From assembly GCA_964010765.1 (NCBI GenBank), contig CAXGMD010000099.1:1-10274 (forward strand): 10,274 nt of DNA, read 5' to 3'. Made by a program: the position numbers and the translations under genes. Positions 1 through 7,924 of the stretch are shown one piece after another. Under the pieces are notes generated by a model. The model had not been told where the DNA came from. It ran no database searches and saw nothing but the letters and a program-made list of their open reading frames with translations. The first letter of the stretch is position 1. Every line of letters starts with the position of its first letter. The stretch comes from an uncultured bacterium. GTDB lineage: Bacteria > SAR324 > NAC60-12.

Positions 1-2
1 GA

Positions 3-974
3 GAGTATCTTGAGCTTTCTCTGGACTACATGAACTGGCTGATATACGGCAGTGGGGCGTTTATCTTTGCATTCGTGATCAACAGCGGGCTCAATGCTCA
101 GGGGGACACAAAGTCGTATCGGAACGCCTTAATCTGTGGATTTTTTGCCAATGTGATTCTGGATCCACTATTTTTGTTTGGCTGGGGTCCTTTTCCTGCT
201 CTTGGACTAGAAGGAATCGCGATTTCAACAGTCCTCATTGAATTGGGAGTCGTTACTTATTTATCCGTCAAACTACTCTCATCTAAATTGGGAGGAAATC
301 TAAGTACTCGAAAGTTTTCTCTACAAGTAAAAATTATTGTTGATTTGGTTAAGCAGGGATTTCCAGCCAGTTTAAGTATCTTATTTATCTCATTAAATTT
401 TTATGTGATTTTACATTTTATTTCTGATTTTGGGAAAACTTCAGTGGCAGCTTATGGGGTTTCTACCAGAATTGTTCAGGTAATGCTTTTACCATCTATA
501 GGTCTGAACACGGCAGCTTTATCACTAACTGGATTTAACTTTGGCGCTAATAACCTTGAACGAATCAATCAGACCTGGAGAACTTGCTTCAGCTATTCAT
601 TACTGCTGACAGCTTTCGGAGGAATCCTCCTGTTCTGCTTTCCAGAATTTTTGCTGAAACTGTTTACCGACAGTGAAGAGATCATCGAAGTAGGCCCGAC
701 TCTGCTGCGAGTTGAGGCGGTATTACTCACGGCATACACCACCATTTTTCTAGGAACTTCCGTCTTGCAGGGTCTCAAGAAGCCGATGTTTGGCATGATA
801 CTCAGTATCTACAGGCTCATTGTTGCACCTGTCATCTTTTTTTGGATCTTCTCAGATTTGCTAGGTTACAGCTTGAATGGCATCTGGGCAGGGATCTGCC
901 TCACAACAGCGAGTGGAGCGCTGATCACTTGGTTCTTCCTCAGAAAGACACTGATAAATTTTTCTAATTCATAA
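3..974 (+). CDS. MATE family efflux transporter, 5'-truncated by the window edge
   Basis: The frame is open from base 3 (EYLELSLDY-MNWL...), so the ATG at 30 is probably internal. The protein has multiple hydrophobic TM segments and MATE signatures: NAQGDTK, NVILDPLFLFGWGPFPALGLEGIAIST, GFPAS, VAAYGV, GFNFGA and GIWAG. TAA stop at 972-974. Confidence 0.93.
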   Translation, partial: EYLELSLDYMNWLIYGSGAFIFAFVINSGLNAQGDTKSYRNALICGFFANVILDPLFLFGWGPFPALGLEGIAISTVLIELGVVTYLSVKLLSSKLGGNLSTRKFSLQVKIIVDLVKQGFPASLSILFISLNFYVILHFISDFGKTSVAAYGVSTRIVQVMLLPSIGLNTAALSLTGFNFGANNLERINQTWRTCFSYSLLLTAFGGILLFCFPEFLLKLFTDSEEIIEVGPTLLRVEAVLLTAYTTIFLGTSVLQGLKKPMFGMILSIYRLIVAPVIFFWIFSDLLGYSLNGIWAGICLTTASGALITWFFLRKTLINFSNS

Positions 975-1059
975 ATCAATAAAGATTCCTTTTACCTATT
1001 TTTTAATTGTCTCTCATTCTTATGGAAATCAAGTATTGAAAATATGAATTTTATATTTT

Positions 1060-2934
1060 TTAGTTGATCTGACCAGGAATCATGTCTTCTGCTTCATTAG
1101 TCTCAACTCTAGCTTGTAAGGCAGCTTCATTATTTACTAACAGACGAATTTTATTCTCAATTTCAGCATTGTTGAATTTAAGGTTAGCTAGTTCTTTACT
1201 CATTTCTGCTCTGCCATGCAAATCTATGAATGATTTCACTTCTTCATTTCTTTCCTGCTCTCGGTAAAGTGCTCCTAAACAAGCAATTCTTAATATCCAG
1301 GTACTAGGAGTAAAGTGCTTACTTAGAGGCTTAAATTCTAAACATTTCTCATAGTTTTCAGCTGCATAATTCGCCCACACTAAAGTATCCATAATACTTT
1401 GTCCTAAGGGATCAAGCTCTATCGCCTTATTTAAAATACTGAGCCCTTGTTCTAAGTCACCATTGAAAACTAAAGATTGACCATATTTATGTAGCATTCC
1501 AGGACTGTTGGGGTTGAGTTCGTATCCTTTTCTTCCATATCTTTCGGCCTCATCATATTTTTCAAAATGCATATTTACGCCACATAGCATGCGGTGACAA
1601 TCCCAATCTTGATTCGTTAGTTCATACGCTTGCCCCAAAAGACTGTGGATATTATCCCAAATTTGATCATTGGAAAGTGGAAACAAATTCTCATCGCTTA
1701 GTCCGCCAGCCAAAGTGCAGCATTTCTCAGCATAAGCTCTTCCATTTTCAGGATCATATTCAATAGCTTTGGTAAACATCTCAACTGCAATATTTTGATC
1801 TTCCTTATTCTTCTTTTTTTTGTGGAATTTTCCTCTTAGTAAAAACTCGTAAGAGTTGAGATCTTCCGTAGGCTTTCGCTTTGCCCTATTCAAGCTAGTC
1901 ACTTCAATTTCATTTAAAACTGAGTCAGAAATTTTTCTAACTAGCTCATCCTGAATCTCGAACACATCATCCATTATTTTGTCAAATCTTGCAGACCATA
2001 ATGATCCATGGCCTGTTGGATCAGTCAATTCAGCATTTACTCGTACTTTTTTTCCTGCGGATCTAATACTTCCTGTAACGAAATAACTTAAATTATACTT
2101 TTCAGTTAACTCCTTTATCTCAAAATTCTTTTCTTTCAAATCAAATGTAGTTTCTCTAGACATCACCTCTATAGAATTGATCATTGATAATTCTGTAATT
2201 ATATCGTCGACAATCCCATCGACTAAAAATTCATTGTCTTCTTGGTTATTTAAGTTTCGAAATGGGAAAAGCATGATTCTAGGTTTAAAATTTTCAGGCC
2301 GCTGATTAGGTAAGATAGAAGCAGCTTCAACCTTTCTGTTTTCGCTGACACTGCTTGATTTCGTCAGTGAAGATTTTTCTGCATCCGGATCGAGAATGAC
2401 ATCATAAGTTTGAACTGGGTTATCAATATTTTTTACCTCTCTAGGGCCAACATTTTCAAAAATCAGCTCGAGCTTGCGGTGTACCTCGTCATGAAACTTA
2501 CCCGAAATACAAATCCCACCAGGTTTCGCAAGTGGTTCAAGACGGGCAGCAACGTTTACTCCATCACCAAATAGATTGTCTCCCTCAACTATCACGTCCC
2601 CAAGATTCAGTCCAACTCGAAACTGCATTTGGTTTTCAGGGGTTACTGTTAAGTTGCGATCACGCAAATTTCTTTGAAACTCCACTGCTGCAAGGATTGC
2701 GTCAACAGGGCTTGCAAATTCAGCAATGATCGAGTCTCCCGCTGTCCCAAAAACTCTCCCATGGTGCTCCCTAATTGCTCCGTCAGTAATCTCACGACAT
2801 GCCTTGAGATTACTCAAGGTACGGTCCTCATTTTCACCCATCATTTTGCTGAAACCAACTACATCTGCGGCCAGAATAGCTGCTAATTTTCTTTTAGGAC
2901 GACGATCAAAAAGTGGAAATTCACTATTTGTCAT
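1060..2934 (-). CDS. Class III adenylate/guanylate cyclase domain fused to a TolB-like/FlgO-type domain and TPR repeats (624 aa)
   Basis: N-terminal cyclase motifs RKLAAILAADVVGFS, TAGDS, FRVGLNLGDV and FGDGVNVAARLE...GGICISG. The central segment LFPFRNL...FLVDGIVDDIITELS...GSIRSAGKKVRVNAELTD...LWSARFD...DVFEIQDE is typical of the TolB-like domain. C-terminal TPR helices (AIEYDPENGRAYA, YELNPNSP, AIELDP). GAGG RBS upstream of the ATG at 2934. Confidence 0.93.
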   Translation of the reverse strand: MTNSEFPLFDRRPKRKLAAILAADVVGFSKMMGENEDRTLSNLKACREITDGAIREHHGRVFGTAGDSIIAEFASPVDAILAAVEFQRNLRDRNLTVTPENQMQFRVGLNLGDVIVEGDNLFGDGVNVAARLEPLAKPGGICISGKFHDEVHRKLELIFENVGPREVKNIDNPVQTYDVILDPDAEKSSLTKSSSVSENRKVEAASILPNQRPENFKPRIMLFPFRNLNNQEDNEFLVDGIVDDIITELSMINSIEVMSRETTFDLKEKNFEIKELTEKYNLSYFVTGSIRSAGKKVRVNAELTDPTGHGSLWSARFDKIMDDVFEIQDELVRKISDSVLNEIEVTSLNRAKRKPTEDLNSYEFLLRGKFHKKKKNKEDQNIAVEMFTKAIEYDPENGRAYAEKCCTLAGGLSDENLFPLSNDQIWDNIHSLLGQAYELTNQDWDCHRMLCGVNMHFEKYDEAERYGRKGYELNPNSPGMLHKYGQSLVFNGDLEQGLSILNKAIELDPLGQSIMDTLVWANYAAENYEKCLEFKPLSKHFTPSTWILRIACLGALYREQERNEEVKSFIDLHGRAEMSKELANLKFNNAEIENKIRLLVNNEAALQARVETNEAEDMIPGQIN

Positions 2935-3137
2935 TTTGCCTCTTGTTAAGATTGATATGTTTTAATCTTTTGGTGGATTCAATGATTTTCCTGCTCATAA
3001 AGCTCAAATTCTTAAGATGTAATCAAAGAATAATTTTTAGAAAAAACTATTCAGTATTTATTAGTAGATCAACAAATAAATTCAGCCACTTTTTAACAAG
3101 ATTTACCCTGTGGAAAGTTTCCCACAGACCAGACCTA

Positions 3138-3569
3138 CTAGGCAGTGATTTTCTGAACATCTTTTTTTGTCACACCGCGCTTTTCCAAATGATACAAGCC
3201 AGCATTCGTAGGTTGAAAACCGCAACTCTCATAAAACCGTTTAAAAGGCGGCTTGTAATCAACATGAACCCATTCTATCCCAAGCTCGCTAGCCAGTGAT
3301 ACCGCTTCGCGCACCAACTGCTTCCCAATTCCACACCTCTGATGATCCGGATGTACAGTAGTATCCATGAGAAACGCATGTTTTCCGCCGTCCCAAGCCA
3401 CATTTACAAAACCAATCAGGTGTCCGTCGACATAAGCACTGATATAGGTAAGACTTTGACGAAGCACAGGCTGAAAGTCCCTAGGAGAGTGGTTTGACCA
3501 AGCAGCCCTGAAAAGCCTATTCAGGTCTTCATTGCCAGGGTTATCTTTTGAGCGAAGCAAAAGACTCAA
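3138..3569 (-). CDS. GNAT family N-acetyltransferase
   Basis: LIGFVNVAWDGGKHAFLMDTTVHPDHQRCGIGKQLV contains the acetyl-CoA binding motif A (QxxGxG). WVHVDY...FYESCGF corresponds to motif B. TTG start preceded by GAGGAG (3573-3578). Confidence 0.9.
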   Translation of the reverse strand: MSLLLRSKDNPGNEDLNRLFRAAWSNHSPRDFQPVLRQSLTYISAYVDGHLIGFVNVAWDGGKHAFLMDTTVHPDHQRCGIGKQLVREAVSLASELGIEWVHVDYKPPFKRFYESCGFQPTNAGLYHLEKRGVTKKDVQKITA

Positions 3570-3612
3570 TTTCTCCTCTTTTTTTGACTACCAACGGACT
3601 TGAAGTAGCTGA

Positions 3613-4671
3613 TCAAATGATCTCCAAATAATCCTTGTCGGGCAACTTGGGAAACTGCTCACTTGGAAGAGTTTGGTACCAGTAGGCTACTGAGGCAATG
3701 TCATCCTGCAGCGGCAGGTAGCGCCGATCATTGCGCCAACCAAGAGCCTGTATGGTTACAAGTAGATCTTCGTCAAAACGAATGGGATCCGTGATGTGCC
3801 AGCGGTACATACCAAAGCGAGTTTGAGAACGATACACTCCATCAGGCCGCAGGATCTGGGGTAGGCCGGCATAAGCAGTAGAGAATTCTTGGTACTGCTT
3901 CGTTTCCTTGTTTTCAAAATTATAGGATCCACAAAAGTAATCCTCAGTCCCTGTTCCACAAATGGAGGGAAACTCTTCGTCGCCATCAAGGAAAAATTTA
4001 ATCTCGCCTTCACCCCACCAGCCTGAGTTGTTGACTCCCCAAGCCAGGTAAGTACCTACATAGCGTCCCTTCCCCTGCACTCCGTCCAGAATCGTGTAGT
4101 CGGTTTTGTAGGGCAACGGATTGACCCGGCGAAACTGTGCATGGAAATATCCAGCCTGTGGACTGATCTCACCGAGAGAGTAGTTGATCTGATAGTACAG
4201 CGTCATCTCCTCGTCCCCGATGTTTTCCAGCGTGATCCGACAACGCTTGGCAAAAGGCATCGGCCAGTAGCAGTTAAATGCACTCCCAGGATTCACACAA
4301 ACCGCCAGTGAGGAAACCGGCGCAAACTTGCCCCAGCCACAAGCGAAAAAGTCTCCGACTGGACACTCCACAGCTGGATACTCCTGATCATCCCAATAAA
4401 AACGCAGGATGCTGAAGCGCCAATTGCCTGTGGGAGTCATCCAAATCTGCTCGATCGTCCCCGGACCCTCAATCACAGCCAACTCAAAGATCTGCCCACT
4501 TTGGATCTTGACCGAAGGAGATATTTTCCAACCTGGACCAAGATCCCTCGCACAGTCTTCACCCGTACCCGTGGTGGCTCGTCCACCCTGGCCCTTATCA
4601 CCAGTAAAGTTCTCTGGACTGATGGATCTAGATATTGAATTATCGAGAACACTTAGATTATTCAAATTCAT
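3613..4671 (-). CDS. Glycoside hydrolase family 172 (DUF2961) protein, putative alpha-D-arabinofuranosidase/alpha-D-fructofuranosidase
   Basis: Family motifs RSISPENFTGDKG, GPGTIEQIWMT, ILRFYWD, VECPVGDFF, FNCYWPMPF, YFHAQFRR, WWGEGEIKFFLDGD...GTGTEDYF (two candidate catalytic Glu), YRWHITDPIRF and DDIASVAYWYQ. No signal peptide is evident. Confidence 0.9.
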   Translation of the reverse strand: MNLNNLSVLDNSISRSISPENFTGDKGQGGRATTGTGEDCARDLGPGWKISPSVKIQSGQIFELAVIEGPGTIEQIWMTPTGNWRFSILRFYWDDQEYPAVECPVGDFFACGWGKFAPVSSLAVCVNPGSAFNCYWPMPFAKRCRITLENIGDEEMTLYYQINYSLGEISPQAGYFHAQFRRVNPLPYKTDYTILDGVQGKGRYVGTYLAWGVNNSGWWGEGEIKFFLDGDEEFPSICGTGTEDYFCGSYNFENKETKQYQEFSTAYAGLPQILRPDGVYRSQTRFGMYRWHITDPIRFDEDLLVTIQALGWRNDRRYLPLQDDIASVAYWYQTLPSEQFPKLPDKDYLEII

Positions 4672-4736
4672 AAATACCCTTTGTCTGATTTATGCTCCTC
4701 ACACTCGCATCTTACATCCGGCAGAAACCGCTGTTG

Positions 4737-5522
4737 CTACTCTCCAGTGATGTCTTTGATCATCCGGAAATTCCCAGCGGTCAACCCGCCATCGACATTC
4801 AAGGAAGCTCCGTTGACGAAGCTCGCTTCATCCGCACTGAGGAAAGCGACCGCAGCCGCGATGTCTTCAGGTCGACCAACTCGACCAACTGGATACCAAC
4901 CCTTAACTAACTCAAAAACCTCAGGTCTTGAATCCTTACGGGTTTGCCAAACCGGTGTTTCGATTGTTCCTGGTAACACTACATTAGCACGAATGCCTTT
5001 TGGACCATATTCAATTGCCAAAGTCTGTGTGAAGGAGATCACCCCAGCCTTGGCTGCGCTGTAAGCAGGATTCCCGAAAGACTGGGCACCATTGACCGAA
5101 GAAATGTTGGTAATCGCACCTTTGCCCTGGGCTTCCATATCTGGCAGGAAGAGACGGGTCAACATGTAATGGCCGGTCAGATTCAGGGCAATATCCTGGT
5201 TCCAGTTTTCCAACGTAGTCATCGCGTAGTTTTCAGCAAAGGCTGCCCCCGCATTATTGACCAGCACGTCAATGGTACCAAAGAACAGGGTCGCTTCCTT
5301 ATGAACTTTCTCAACGTCAGCTTCGCTGGTGATATCAGCCTGAACGAAGAGCACCTTGGTGTTCTGTAGCTTCAGCTCTTGCTCGACGGACTGACCTTCC
5401 TTGAGATCCTTGTCAATCAGGATGATGTTGGCTCCTTCAGCGGCCAATCTCAGACAGATGGCATGGCCAATCCCAGAACCTCCTCCACTGATAAGCACGT
5501 TCTTTCCTGCATAACGCTGCAT
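4737..5522 (-). CDS. Classical SDR family NAD(P)-dependent oxidoreductase
   Basis: SGGGSGIG Rossmann motif, acidic residue at the end of beta2 (LIDKD, suggesting NAD preference), NNAG, NISS, catalytic YSAAK, GIRANVVLPG and GASLNVDGG. Purine-rich RBS (GGAAGG) upstream. Confidence 0.95.
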   Translation of the reverse strand: MQRYAGKNVLISGGGSGIGHAICLRLAAEGANIILIDKDLKEGQSVEQELKLQNTKVLFVQADITSEADVEKVHKEATLFFGTIDVLVNNAGAAFAENYAMTTLENWNQDIALNLTGHYMLTRLFLPDMEAQGKGAITNISSVNGAQSFGNPAYSAAKAGVISFTQTLAIEYGPKGIRANVVLPGTIETPVWQTRKDSRPEVFELVKGWYPVGRVGRPEDIAAAVAFLSADEASFVNGASLNVDGGLTAGNFRMIKDITGE

Positions 5523-5570
5523 ACCTTCCCTTTCTTATCGACAGGTGAATCAATATTTCATCGAGATGAG

Positions 5571-6746
5571 TCAATCCAACAAAGCAAAGGCTTCCTGAGC
5601 CCAGAGCAGGTTGGGTTCTGGTAGAAAACCATAATTGTAGAAGCTGATCCCACACGGTTGAAGCGTCTTGAGTTGTTCGACCGCGCTGAGTAGTTGGGTC
5701 TTGCTGTCCAAATCGGGGGGAGCAGGGCGCAGAATGAAGCTCAGGGGAACCTCATCGCCCACACGGCGGCGCACATCCCAGGAGTCCATGAAAATTTCGT
5801 CGGCTCCATTCTGATACGCACAGGAATCAACCCCATCAAAAAGCTCTGATAGTTTCGTCAATCCAGTTCCCTCCACCCAGCAACCTGCTGTGGGGCGTTG
5901 TACTGTGGGGATCAGATTCAGGCGTACATGCTTGGGCAACACATCTCGAACCGACTTGATCAACTCAGCAACAATCTGCTCCTGAGCTCGGAGATAGGCC
6001 ATCAGATCAGGCTCCTGAATCAAGTCTGCGAGGAACCAGTGCATCGCCATCGACTCCTTCGGGTAGACCCCAGAAGCAAAGAACTGATTCAGACGCCCCA
6101 CGACCCAATTCTGCAGCCTGTCAGCATTCACCCCGAAGGAAATCGCCTTACGCTTGGTATCCGCTGAGAAGCAAAGCGCCAACAGGGCCTGTGCCTGAAA
6201 GTCCAGGGGTACAAAACCAAACTCATGGTGATAGCCATGCCAGAAAGGCAGGTATCCCGGAGTCTCCAGGGTAATGCACTCCACGCTCTCGATCGATGCG
6301 AGGTCCTGACACAGCGCCCGCACATAGTGCTGCACTTCGTCATTGGCCGGGCAGAGATTGTAGATGTAGGGATCCCCAAAAGCATTCCTGACACAAAGTT
6401 CCGGATGCTCCAATCCCTGCGGACTGTTATGGGTACAGACGGTCCAGGCCTTGAGTCGCAAATCCTTGTTGTACTTTGGCCAATCCCGAAAGAAATCGTA
6501 CTGATCCAAGACCGGATTTCGCTTGGGCTGAATACTTCTGTAGAGTTGCCGATTCGGTTCAAAATAGACCGTCCCATCCACAGGAAAGTAGATTTTCTGC
6601 TTGGCCCGGGGACGCGTAAACTTACCAGCGTGATAGCTGGAGGCCAGACAAACCGTATTGGCTCCAAGTTCTTGAATCTTCGCCAGCGCTGACTTGGGGC
6701 CTTCCTCTGCCAGATCCCAAGCATAAACAAAAAAACCTTTCTCCAT
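5571..6746 (-). CDS. Uncharacterised protein, probable (beta/alpha)8 glycoside-hydrolase-like fold (391 aa)
   Basis: Long ORF with a strong AAGGAG RBS (6753-6758), starting 14 nt after the upstream gene's stop. It shows an alternating beta/alpha pattern with motifs YAWDL, LGANTVCLASSYH, WTVCTHN, NAFGD..YNLCPANDEVQHY, ITLE, HGYHHE and FYNYG. The gene call is solid but the fold assignment is inference. Confidence 0.75.
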   Translation of the reverse strand: MEKGFFVYAWDLAEEGPKSALAKIQELGANTVCLASSYHAGKFTRPRAKQKIYFPVDGTVYFEPNRQLYRSIQPKRNPVLDQYDFFRDWPKYNKDLRLKAWTVCTHNSPQGLEHPELCVRNAFGDPYIYNLCPANDEVQHYVRALCQDLASIESVECITLETPGYLPFWHGYHHEFGFVPLDFQAQALLALCFSADTKRKAISFGVNADRLQNWVVGRLNQFFASGVYPKESMAMHWFLADLIQEPDLMAYLRAQEQIVAELIKSVRDVLPKHVRLNLIPTVQRPTAGCWVEGTGLTKLSELFDGVDSCAYQNGADEIFMDSWDVRRRVGDEVPLSFILRPAPPDLDSKTQLLSAVEQLKTLQPCGISFYNYGFLPEPNLLWAQEAFALLD

Positions 6747-6760
6747 CCTCGTCTCCTTGG

Positions 6761-7906
6761 TTATCTCCAGATTTTTCCTTTGACCACCATTTTTTCTGCG
6801 ATCATACGCTTGTCACCAAGCAACAGTTCCTTCTTGACGTCATAGTACTCAAAGCGTCCCTCCTCAATCCTGAGCACTGCTGCATCTCCTGGGCTGCCCA
6901 CCTGCAAGTTACCCAGATCTGGTCGTTGAATTGCCTCTGCAGGACGAGTGGTGGACGCCCGAATCACGTCCATCAAAGGCATGCCAAGGCAAAGGAACTT
7001 GGACATGGTGACCAAGATGTCAAAGGCAGGACCGTCGACACTCATCAGGTGTACATCACTGCTGATCGTGTCCGGCAGGAAATCCTGCTCCAGCATCTTT
7101 CGGCTGACCTGGAAAGAGAGTGATCCCCCACCGTGACCAAGGTCAAAGATGATTCCCCGCTCTCGAGCCTGAGTGACCGCTTCCCGAATGCTACCGTTGC
7201 CGTAGAGTGGTGCATTGGGGAATGGTCGAAAACAGTGAGTCAGCACGTCCCCAGGACGTAGGTAGTTCAAAACATCATCCCGATCCGGTGGTGGGAAATC
7301 CACATGGGTCATCAATGGCAGACCTGTCTCTTCACCAACCTCCCGGGCGATTTGGAGTGGCGTCATACCAGCGCTGCCACTTGCGTAGCGTCCAATCCGC
7401 ACCTTGATCCCAACGATGCTTTCCCGGTACTTCTCAATGGCTTCCAAGCACTCATCAGTATCGAGTAAACGGATATCTTCGCACTCCGGAAAGAGGTTCG
7501 CTTTCTTCTTGCTGAAACCACAGATACCCGCAAAAGAGATGTTGATGAATCCGAGGATTCGAAGATCGGTGTTGTCAGCGATGAAGTGTTTTAGTCCGCC
7601 AAAATTTCCAGCCCCAGCACTGCCCGCATCAATGAAGGTAGTCGTCGCGCTGCGACCGGCAATGTCCTCGGCGTTTACCCCAAGACCCGTGGCACCCCAG
7701 TAGACATGAGTGTGGAGATCGATCAACCCTGGACACACGATGCAGCCCGAAACATCCTGAACCTCCTTGGCCTCAACCGGACTGTTGCTGTCCAGAATCG
7801 CAGAGATCTTGCCGTCTGTGAAAGCAACATCCTTGTGTGCATCCAAGCCCACACTGGGGTCCATCACTCGTCCCCCTTTGAGGAGGAGATCTACTTTGCC
7901 TGTCAT
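6761..7906 (-). CDS. Amidohydrolase/deacetylase family metallohydrolase (COG3964-like, often mis-annotated as dihydroorotase)
   Basis: N-terminal beta-sandwich LLKGGRVMDP, then PGLIDLHTH (HxH), TTFIDAGSAG, GIKVR (carboxylatable Lys), MTHVD, LRPGDVLTHCF, FDLGHGGGS and PDTISSDVH (catalytic Asp). It lacks the dihydroorotase HxHxR arginine. Confidence 0.9.
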   Translation of the reverse strand: MTGKVDLLLKGGRVMDPSVGLDAHKDVAFTDGKISAILDSNSPVEAKEVQDVSGCIVCPGLIDLHTHVYWGATGLGVNAEDIAGRSATTTFIDAGSAGAGNFGGLKHFIADNTDLRILGFINISFAGICGFSKKKANLFPECEDIRLLDTDECLEAIEKYRESIVGIKVRIGRYASGSAGMTPLQIAREVGEETGLPLMTHVDFPPPDRDDVLNYLRPGDVLTHCFRPFPNAPLYGNGSIREAVTQARERGIIFDLGHGGGSLSFQVSRKMLEQDFLPDTISSDVHLMSVDGPAFDILVTMSKFLCLGMPLMDVIRASTTRPAEAIQRPDLGNLQVGSPGDAAVLRIEEGRFEYYDVKKELLLGDKRMIAEKMVVKGKIWR

Positions 7907-7924
7907 TCGTTTTCTCGCTTGAAA

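Noticed and set aside
975..1059. Possible bidirectional terminator between the convergent MATE and cyclase genes
   Set aside because: Only weak all-AT inverted repeats are present, with no GC-rich stem.
1060..2934. Cyclase as part of a Pycsar/CBASS-type anti-phage system
   Set aside because: There is no adjacent cNMP-binding effector gene, and the cyclase-TolB-TPR architecture is a common signalling type.
4672..4736. GAGGAG upstream of GH172 suggesting a lost longer N-terminus
   Set aside because: There is no start codon at suitable spacing and an in-frame TAA intervenes. The ATG at 4671 has its own AAGGG.
4872..4889. Tandem repeat TCGACCAAC x2
   Set aside because: It simply encodes VGRVGR in the conserved SDR C-terminal motif.
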